Of a stretch of DNA of 16,923 nt, positions 8,841 to 15,968 are shown one piece after another. The stretch comes from Bdellovibrionales bacterium (GTDB lineage: Bacteria > Bdellovibrionota > Bdellovibrionia > Bdellovibrionales > JAMPXM01): NCBI GenBank assembly GCA_043739185.1, contig JAYUEN010000172.1, forward strand, positions 1-16,923, written 5' to 3'. A program made the position numbers and the translations under genes. Numbering within the stretch: the first letter of the stretch is position 1; every line of letters begins with the position of its first letter. The notes below the pieces were generated by a model. It was given only the letters and a program-made list of their open reading frames with translations. It ran no database searches and was not told the origin of the DNA.

Positions 8841-10712
8841 TCACTTCCCACCCTTTTTTAACACCAAAAACTTACTAACCCCACACTTTCGAACCTGGCT
8901 CTGAAAACTTTCAAATGCCTCAGATTTAATTTCAGAAATTTGAATGACATACTTTTTGACAATAAGTTGGCGTTTAATTTCATTGAGGCCTGAATTGACC
9001 TCGAAAGAATAGTCCAACCAAGGGCTTTTAACTTTACAATTTTGCAGTCCATGGCCCTGACCTTTGAGATTATCAAGTGTGAAAATATTTGTCATTTCGC
9101 TAGGAACTTCTAACTGCAAATCTGATTCACGTTTTGCGACATCTACATTCATGAGATCTCGAATGAGTTGGGGCGGCGAAAAATCAAGGGCCTCCCCGAG
9201 CGAGGTTTGCGAGGGATGAAAATGAGCATCAAATTGAAAACGAAAGTGAAGTGCTTTTACAATTCGGCTTTTGAGTTCAAAGGGCTCAAATTTGAATCGA
9301 ATTAAGTCTGAGGGATTTGTATATAGATCTACAAAGGCTTTCTCAAATTGCTCTTTTGAATCTCTAAGCTCAGCTCCTGTGATTGAAAGTGCAAACGAGC
9401 CGGTATCTTCAATTGTAATTTTCGCTGATCGCATTTGATGAGTATCAATTGCATTCCACTCATGAGTGATATCTCGACTTTCAGCGCCTGGCGGAAATTC
9501 AATCTTACGAAATTCAATTTTTTTAGAATTAAGAACCAAGGCTCTGCGCTCTGCGATGTCTTCAAAAATTCCTGATGCATAGCTTTGAAAATTTGTCGGA
9601 TCAAGCCAGAGCTGACGTTCCTTCAGGACAAGACTTACAATGGCATGATTAAAGTTTACAAAACCAAAATCTGAAATCGCTGGCGTCGTTCGGCCGCGCA
9701 TGACCCACGCGACATCACTTTCAAAACCCAGCATTCTTAAAATTTTTACCGTTAAGGTCGAAAGATCCTTACAATCTCCAAAGTGCGTTTCGCCAATTTT
9801 TGCAAGCGATCTTGGTACAAATGCGCCATCAATAGCACGCCAGTCCCCCATATAACGTACTTTGTCCGCAACTGAAGCCAAGACAAAATTAATTTGATCT
9901 AGCGGATCGGCTTTCGCTTTTGCCTCTTGAACAATTTCTTTGAATACCGCAGGTAATTCTTGGTTCAGGATCGCCTCGTATAGGCCTACAAAGCGCTGAG
10001 CCACATCTGTTGCTTTTTGAACATTCGAAACTTGAAACCAAGTTAAATTTCTTTCGTCTAAATGCGATCTCAACTCTTCGATCGGTCTTTGAATGACGCC
10101 TCTTTTGAGGCGAATCTTATATATAAAATGACTCTTTTCCTCTGATTTTGTAAACTCAAGCAATGCATGCGGATCATTGAATTCAAAAAAAAGTGGGATT
10201 TCAGAAATCATTTCAACATCAAGATGTTCTTGCAAATAAAAATCCCCGACATAAAAACGATCGGAATATTGCCTTTCAAAAGCCGGTTTAAAAATCTCGT
10301 TTAAAGAATCAATTGAAAGCACACTGCCAATTTCGACCTTTCGAAAGGGAACAAGAATTTGCCGGCTTTCGTCAAAACCGTTTTCGGTGGCATTGATCTC
10401 GGTATCAACAATATCATGTGAATCAACATTGAAATGATTTTCACCAATTTGTGTCGAGGCCTTAAGAACCTTTAAGCGCGCATTTTTTGGCGAATAATTG
10501 AAATGTCTTGTCCCCCAATTGGCTCGTCCGGTTTCGTTTAGAATCTTTATTTGCTCTGCGTTTTCATACACCGAGGATCCGTCTGCATTCACTTTAATGC
10601 GAACTCGCTCTTGTAATATCGAAACTTCGGCTTCTTCAGGCTTCATAAATCTTGCTTGGGCAGATTGAGCCAATAAAAAAAGAAAGCAAACTCCGATAAT
10701 TGAACATTTCAT
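8841..10712 (-). CDS. Exported DUF3857 / transglutaminase-like domain protein
   Basis: Signal peptide ending AQSAQA; N-terminal region with VNADGS and FRKVEIGSVL (DUF3857-like); intact Cys-His-Asp triad motifs GDCKD, FNHAI, WLDPT. Confidence 0.88.
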   Translation of the reverse strand: MKCSIIGVCFLFLLAQSAQARFMKPEEAEVSILQERVRIKVNADGSSVYENAEQIKILNETGRANWGTRHFNYSPKNARLKVLKASTQIGENHFNVDSHDIVDTEINATENGFDESRQILVPFRKVEIGSVLSIDSLNEIFKPAFERQYSDRFYVGDFYLQEHLDVEMISEIPLFFEFNDPHALLEFTKSEEKSHFIYKIRLKRGVIQRPIEELRSHLDERNLTWFQVSNVQKATDVAQRFVGLYEAILNQELPAVFKEIVQEAKAKADPLDQINFVLASVADKVRYMGDWRAIDGAFVPRSLAKIGETHFGDCKDLSTLTVKILRMLGFESDVAWVMRGRTTPAISDFGFVNFNHAIVSLVLKERQLWLDPTNFQSYASGIFEDIAERRALVLNSKKIEFRKIEFPPGAESRDITHEWNAIDTHQMRSAKITIEDTGSFALSITGAELRDSKEQFEKAFVDLYTNPSDLIRFKFEPFELKSRIVKALHFRFQFDAHFHPSQTSLGEALDFSPPQLIRDLMNVDVAKRESDLQLEVPSEMTNIFTLDNLKGQGHGLQNCKVKSPWLDYSFEVNSGLNEIKRQLIVKKYVIQISEIKSEAFESFQSQVRKCGVSKFLVLKKGGK

Positions 10713-11173
10713 TTTAATTCTCGTTTATAAATGTCATTGTTTTTAATTTCGAGCATATTTTCGGGATTCTTGACGGCTTCAAAACCAAATTGGTGATAGA
10801 GCCCATGAGCGTCTCTTGTACCCAAGGCAAACCTTCTTAAGTTTTGCAATTTCGGATAATTACAAATGCATTTCATTAACCACTTTGAGAGCCCGAGCCC
10901 ACGGTGCGAAGATTCAATATATACATCACAGAGCCACGCAAAACTGGCATAATCTGAAATGACCCTTGCAAAGCCGATTTGAAGTTCACTCGCAGTGGCT
11001 TTTTCGTAAACTCCAAAGCAAAGCGAATTTTGAATTCCGGTCTCAATGGTTTTTCGCGGTATACCCAAGCTCCAATAAGCTTCTTGAGACAAAAAATGAT
11101 GTATGCGATCGAGTTGTAATTTGGTTTTATCGCAACTTATTAAAAATGAATCTTTTTCCCAAACTTCAGACAT
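10709..11173 (-). CDS. GNAT-family N-acetyltransferase
   Basis: QIGFARVISDYASFAWLCDVYI, acetyl-CoA motif HRGLGLSKWLM, TRDAHGLYHQFGF. 4-bp overlap with the downstream gene. Confidence 0.95.
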   Translation of the reverse strand: MSEVWEKDSFLISCDKTKLQLDRIHHFLSQEAYWSLGIPRKTIETGIQNSLCFGVYEKATASELQIGFARVISDYASFAWLCDVYIESSHRGLGLSKWLMKCICNYPKLQNLRRFALGTRDAHGLYHQFGFEAVKNPENMLEIKNNDIYKRELK

Positions 11174-11174
11174 C

Positions 11175-11615
11175 TTAGTCTTTGAGCTTTGATTTCAGGG
11201 CCTCTTCAATCATTGACCTTTGAAATTCGTGATTCAATTTTTGTAGTGCCGAGCTTTTGTCGAGCCATAAGAGCCAGTGCTCGGTTTCAGTTGCCTCACC
11301 CGGGGGACCGACCAATTCCGCAATATAAAAGTAACCCAACTTATTGAAGGCACGCTTTTCAATTCGCGAGTATAGATATTGCGCCGCCTCGCCAAGCTTT
11401 GCCAAAATTTTGGTTTTCATTCCGATTTCTTCAAGAATTTCTCTTTTAAGTGCTTGCTCAGGGCTCTCGCCCCTCTCGATTCCGCCTCCTGGTAAAAAAA
11501 AGCCAGTTGGAGTTTCAACAATTGCAATTTGTTTTTGCGCATTAAAGATGATCGCATAGGCCCCTGGCCGATCTGTATAAGTATAACCCTCTCGTTTTTC
11601 GCCAAACTGCTTCAT
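11175..11615 (-). CDS. NUDIX hydrolase
   Basis: Complete Nudix box GGIERGESPEQALKREILEEIG, preceded by FFLPG. Confidence 0.95.
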   Translation of the reverse strand: MKQFGEKREGYTYTDRPGAYAIIFNAQKQIAIVETPTGFFLPGGGIERGESPEQALKREILEEIGMKTKILAKLGEAAQYLYSRIEKRAFNKLGYFYIAELVGPPGEATETEHWLLWLDKSSALQKLNHEFQRSMIEEALKSKLKD

Positions 11616-11622
11616 TTCTTAA

Positions 11623-11651
11623 ATTCTATTGATGGCCTTGAATCTTGTCCA
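11623..11651 (-). promoter_or_regulatory. Sigma70-type promoter for the NUDIX-GNAT-DUF3857 operon
   Basis: Minus strand TGGACA (11651-11646) - 17 nt - TAGAAT (11628-11623) - 7 nt - ATG 11615. Each box matches 5/6 of consensus. Confidence 0.6.
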
Positions 11652-11696
11652 CTGAATTAGCTAGCATTTAGGGCTTAAGCGACATAATAATGAGGC

Positions 11697-12749
11697 ATGG
11701 ATTATTTAAACTGTGGTTTAAATCAACTCATCAAATTAAATAGTATCAATAGGCAGAATCCAAATGCCCTTCCTTACGCCCATGATTTATTTTCAAGAAT
11801 TTACGAAGACTATTTGAGTGGCAATACTTCAAGCCTAAAAGCATATGAAGCCGAAGTTCTTGAAACTAAAAATGAAGAATTGATTTTAAATTATCAGCTC
11901 AAACTAGCCGCCCGATTTTCAACTCAAAATGAATTTGATATACCAAAGGCTGAAGAGGTTTTTGAGCGCGCCTGTGATCCTTACTTTAAAGCAGAACTGG
12001 CTTTTGGTATTGCAAGAATAATTGAAAAAAGAGGCCTTTGGCTGCTCGCTGCTGATTGGTATCAAAAATCCGAAAAACTTTATCTGGATTTAAATCTCGA
12101 AGAAAAGACCGCGCGTTGCGAGCTCAATAAATATTGCTGCCTTTACAATGAACGAAAGGATCCCGCACTCGTTAGCTATTTCTTGAAGCTCTATAGTGAA
12201 AGCATTCGTCGAAAGAATTTCGAACTTGCCTGCCATAGTTTAAACAATATCTCGCGTACCTACTTCGGAATGCGGGCTTTTTTAACTGCCTACAAATACA
12301 ACTGCAAGGCCTTGGCACTTTCGGACTGGACATCGCCGATGTTTCGCGACTCAGCTAAACTTCATCAAGCTGAAATTTTGTTTCAAATTGGCAAATTAGA
12401 TGAAGGCAAACAATTAATTGAAGAATGTTTGGCTTCTGTATTTGAAGAAATAAGAAATGCGGCCCTTTATATTACTCAAAAAGAGAGCAAGATAAACCAA
12501 GACACTTTGCCTGAACCTTATAAGATCAAATTGAATTCTTCATTTAAATTGTCAGCCGGAGAAGCAAAATTCTTCGATTATTTAATGATTCAAGCGCGCA
12601 CGCTTGAAGAATGTATTCTCTTTCTTTACGGCTCAAAAATTAATTATGCTTCTGCCCAAAATCGGCTAGGTAATTTGCTTTTTAGAGTGCGAAAGAAAAC
12701 CAATGCTAAAATCCTAATTAAGGATGGCAGCATATTCATTCAAAAATAA
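11697..12749 (+). CDS. TPR-like helical protein with a probable C-terminal winged-helix (putative regulator)
   Basis: Helical repeat segments (AELAFGIARII...AADWYQKSEKLY; ACHSLNNISRTY...AYKYNCKAL). C-terminal ECILFLYG...AQNRLGNLLFRVRKK resembles an OmpR-type recognition helix. No signal peptide. Function is inferred. Confidence 0.6.
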   Translation: MDYLNCGLNQLIKLNSINRQNPNALPYAHDLFSRIYEDYLSGNTSSLKAYEAEVLETKNEELILNYQLKLAARFSTQNEFDIPKAEEVFERACDPYFKAELAFGIARIIEKRGLWLLAADWYQKSEKLYLDLNLEEKTARCELNKYCCLYNERKDPALVSYFLKLYSESIRRKNFELACHSLNNISRTYFGMRAFLTAYKYNCKALALSDWTSPMFRDSAKLHQAEILFQIGKLDEGKQLIEECLASVFEEIRNAALYITQKESKINQDTLPEPYKIKLNSSFKLSAGEAKFFDYLMIQARTLEECILFLYGSKINYASAQNRLGNLLFRVRKKTNAKILIKDGSIFIQK

Positions 12750-13088
12750 TTGGCTCAAAATGAGTCAACTACAATTGCCCTCGGGAAACCGGTCTCAAAA
12801 TAGAACGCATAAATTAAAAAATATTAGCTAATGTGAGATTTTTTAAAAAAATATTTGCAAATCAATTTCGGCCTCCCGACGGCTCCAGCTCATTTATGGC
12901 ACTTGACACTTGCCAACTTTATTTACGACAAAACAAATCATATTCATTTGATAGTGTTTAAATTGACTACATAAAAAAATGAATTTTGAAATTCAACAGT
13001 TAGTAAATTGCCGCCTCTATTTATAAGTCCAGTTTTGTACGACAATAAGGGAGTCAAGAACTGAATTTAAACTTAGGGGAGAAAAATT

Positions 13089-13979
13089 ATGAGATTCAAA
13101 CAGCCGATAACTAAACTCATTGTTACCACGATTCTGTTTTTATCATCGGGGCTCATCTATCAAAATTGCGGTGGTTCAGATACTGCCACAAACTCAAATC
13201 TGTCTCAGAAATCAATTGCACCAAACTCATCAGCGGGCGCAAGCTTGGGCATTATTTTACCTGGCTCGGGTGTTGCGGCGGTTATTGCAAAAGAATACTA
13301 TAATAGGACTTACAATCGCTTCTTTATAACTGCGAGACTTGGCGATCAACAATTGGTTGAGACCGGGGCCATAAGTTCTCAATGGGTCAGCACCGGAAAT
13401 ACTTTTACGCTTTATCAAAACCAGGCCTCTGGCACATCGCCTGTTTGTCGCTTTTATATTCCAGCCACTATGTCGCACTTTTATACGGCTGATAATACTG
13501 AGTGTGCGCTTTTACAATCCACTGCTGGCTTTAGCTATGAAGGTGTTGAAGGCTATGCGCTAAGACTTGCTGCAAATGCCAGTTGCCCAGCTTCAACCAA
13601 AGCCGTCTATCGCGCTTTTTTTCAAGCAGCAGTTAGCAGTCAGTCACAACATCGTTTTACGGCTAGTAGCCAGGTCTTGAGCAGCTTAGTTGGTCAGGGC
13701 TGGACAAATGAAAATACTTCTTTTTGTGCGCTAGATGCCGTGACCAATCCACATGATCCTTCACTCAATCCTATTAATCCAGGCCCTCCAGTGCCATTGC
13801 CAACGCCACCAGGGCCTAGTGCCGTTGTTTGCTCTTGGACTTGGGCTGACGATTTTTCACCGGTTACGCCAATGAATCTTCGTCCACCACTCAGAAGCAT
13901 GAGCTGTACACAAGCTAATGTTGGTCAAAAACAAAACGTAACCGATGGCTCAGCTGATTGGACATGTAGCTGTAATTAA
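13089..13979 (+). CDS. Predicted lipoprotein 1: DUF5648-like domain + Pro-rich linker + C-terminal WADDF module
   Basis: AGGGGA RBS; signal ending YQNC (Cys27); three internal repeats typical of DUF5648 (FFITA...WVSTG, VCRFY...HFYTA...YEG, VYRAF...HRFTA...GWTNE); module at 13830-13973. Confidence 0.8.
   Translation: MRFKQPITKLIVTTILFLSSGLIYQNCGGSDTATNSNLSQKSIAPNSSAGASLGIILPGSGVAAVIAKEYYNRTYNRFFITARLGDQQLVETGAISSQWVSTGNTFTLYQNQASGTSPVCRFYIPATMSHFYTADNTECALLQSTAGFSYEGVEGYALRLAANASCPASTKAVYRAFFQAAVSSQSQHRFTASSQVLSSLVGQGWTNENTSFCALDAVTNPHDPSLNPINPGPPVPLPTPPGPSAVVCSWTWADDFSPVTPMNLRPPLRSMSCTQANVGQKQNVTDGSADWTCSCN
13830..13973 (+). repeat. WADDF module copy 1 (144 bp, 48 aa)
   Basis: CSWTWADDFSPVTPMNLRPPLRSMSCTQANVGQKQNVTDGSADWTCSC. 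Confidence 0.95.
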
Positions 13980-14038
13980 ACTAAGTAAAAATTAGATCCA
14001 AATATATTGATTCGCATAAATTAGCAGGAGAAGAATTT

Positions 14039-14938
14039 GTGAAACCGGTAGGCGCTTTGAAAAATCAAACGATAGCGATTGGCATAGTTGGCCTTTCGCT
14101 TATCCTTATTCAAAGCTGCAGCCCCGGCAATGTGGTTTCGAATTCAGCACAGAGTGCTGTTTCAAACGTCGGAAGCTCAATTGGCCCTTCATCGCCGACA
14201 CCAAGTGCGGACCCTTCATGTGCGTGGGTGTGGGCAGATGATTTTGCTCCACCTACGCCATTCAATTTGCGACCCGTTTTAAAAAATCTAAGTTGTTCAC
14301 GAGCGAATGAGGGGCAAAAGCAAAATGTTATCGATAGTTCTGCCGATTGGACTTGTATGTGTAGCGCTGTTGCAAGCACGCCTACGCCTACGCCTACACC
14401 AACCCCAACTTCATCACCAACTCCAAGTCCTCCGCCTTCGACGACTCCCGTTCCGCTTCCTAGCGGCACGAGCTGTATTGAATCGCCCAACTTTACCATC
14501 GATTCATCAATGCAATTGGATACCATTTATTCAACAAGCACTATCAGTGAGCGCTCAAATGATACTCCCAGATTAAAGGGGCCGAATACAATTTGGACTA
14601 TACGTTTAGTGATCAACTCTGGCGATACTTCAATTGGTAAATCGGCGCTACCTGCAATTTCTCATGTAGAAGCGCCTTCTGCGCAAAGATCCTTTCGGAA
14701 GGTCGTAATCTCAAGCCAAAAGTGTGATATGAGCAGCGCAAGTAATATTATTATTTCATCAAATAGCGTAAGTGCCACTGAAGAGTTCTCCGTCAATGAG
14801 CCCGGAAGAAGAGACACTGTCGGATCCCCGGTAGCAAATTTAGCCACTGGCGTTTATTATATTAATGTTCAGAACCTCTCCTGTCCTACCAATCAATATT
14901 GTGATGCTTTACTCGAATGGGGCTGGTTTTGGAGATAA
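14039..14938 (+). CDS. Predicted lipoprotein 2: WADDF module + Pro/Thr linker + Cys-containing C-terminal domain
   Basis: AGGAG RBS with GTG start; signal ending IQSC (Cys27); module at 14219-14362; (TP)n linker; C-terminal motifs KCD, GVYYINV, SCP...CD. Confidence 0.85.
   Translation: MKPVGALKNQTIAIGIVGLSLILIQSCSPGNVVSNSAQSAVSNVGSSIGPSSPTPSADPSCAWVWADDFAPPTPFNLRPVLKNLSCSRANEGQKQNVIDSSADWTCMCSAVASTPTPTPTPTPTSSPTPSPPPSTTPVPLPSGTSCIESPNFTIDSSMQLDTIYSTSTISERSNDTPRLKGPNTIWTIRLVINSGDTSIGKSALPAISHVEAPSAQRSFRKVVISSQKCDMSSASNIIISSNSVSATEEFSVNEPGRRDTVGSPVANLATGVYYINVQNLSCPTNQYCDALLEWGWFWR
14219..14362 (+). repeat. WADDF module copy 2
   Basis: CAWVWADDFAPPTPFNLRPVLKNLSCSRANEGQKQNVIDSSADWTCMC. Confidence 0.95.
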
Positions 14939-15032
14939 AAATAGTTTAGTTCGCATCTTTGAAACTCTTATTTGAACGTTGGCCCCAAGAGTTTGCTTCT
15001 CAAGATTAGGTATTAAAAAAGGGGATTACCAA

Positions 15033-15968
15033 ATGAAGTTCACCATAAATTGCAAGCTGAGTAATTCTCTTAAATTGTTTTTTTTAGTTGCGACCATCGC
15101 CTTTCAAGCCTGTAGCCCAGGTGAAACTTATAATTCTTCAAAAAATCTACTAACTCAAAGTGGAAGTTCCACGGGCATAGGAGATGTAATCAATCCAAAT
15201 CCAATTATTCCTGTCAATGGAGCATCTTGCTCTTGGCAATGGGCAGATGATTTTGCTCCGGTTACTCCTATCAATCTTCGCCCGCCACTTAAAAGTATGA
15301 GCTGTACACAAGCAAACCAGGGTCAAAAACAAAATGTTATTGATAGCTCTGCAGACTGGACATGCCTTTGTCAAAATGTCGTAACACCCACGCCATCTCC
15401 TACGCCCGGCGCCACTCCGACGCCCACGCCAACACCTACTCCTCCGCCAGCTGCTGCCGGAGTCGATCTATGCCCCAGTATTCCAGTTCACTATAATATG
15501 AATGCCTCAGCACAACATATAAGAATGTGCTCCGGAAACTATGCTTATTTGGATGTGGGAATTGCTCTCAATTCGCCTTCATCACCAGTCATGATGGCAG
15601 GCTCACATATGATAATAAAACTCAATGTCGCCGCAGGTGATACAACTTTTGGAAGATTTCCAGTAGGTTTTGAATATTCTGATGTAGGTCCCACTCGAGG
15701 TGGGCGACACGTTACTATTTCAAAGACAAAATGTGATTATTCAGCGAATGCGATCTGGATTAGCCCTAGTCCATTTTTGAGTTCGCGTTTTGAATTCGGA
15801 GCAAACTCTGGCGCGGTCTCCCTTCTAATCAATGAATCTAAGGCGGTTGATCCAGGCACCAACGAACAAAAAATTGATACCGGCACCTGGTATATCAATA
15901 TTCAGGATCCGCCGGGAAGTTGTCCGGTCGGGATAAGTTGTGATGTGGTTACGGAATGGTCTAACTAA
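15033..15968 (+). CDS. Predicted lipoprotein 3: WADDF module + Pro/Thr linker + Cys-containing C-terminal domain
   Basis: True start probably ATG 15033 (AAGGGGA RBS; aligns with the gene 4 start) rather than 14979; signal ending FQAC (Cys27); module at 15228-15371. Confidence 0.87.
   Translation: MKFTINCKLSNSLKLFFLVATIAFQACSPGETYNSSKNLLTQSGSSTGIGDVINPNPIIPVNGASCSWQWADDFAPVTPINLRPPLKSMSCTQANQGQKQNVIDSSADWTCLCQNVVTPTPSPTPGATPTPTPTPTPPPAAAGVDLCPSIPVHYNMNASAQHIRMCSGNYAYLDVGIALNSPSSPVMMAGSHMIIKLNVAAGDTTFGRFPVGFEYSDVGPTRGGRHVTISKTKCDYSANAIWISPSPFLSSRFEFGANSGAVSLLINESKAVDPGTNEQKIDTGTWYINIQDPPGSCPVGISCDVVTEWSN
15228..15371 (+). repeat. WADDF module copy 3
   Basis: CSWQWADDFAPVTPINLRPPLKSMSCTQANQGQKQNVIDSSADWTCLC. 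Confidence 0.95.

Noticed and set aside
13019..13045. Sigma28 (FliA) promoter for the lipoprotein array
   Set aside because: TACGACAA matches GCCGATAA only partly, and no TAAA box sits at the expected spacing.
14378..14460. ACGCCT-type hexamer repeats as a DNA-level VNTR
   Set aside because: Only three exact units; the rest varies at third codon positions, consistent with a Thr-Pro linker, as in genes 3 and 4.
15078..15085. T8 tract in the gene 3 signal peptide as a phase-variation switch
   Set aside because: The tract is short, encodes Phe-Phe-Leu in a hydrophobic segment, is in frame, and similar A/T runs are common in this window.
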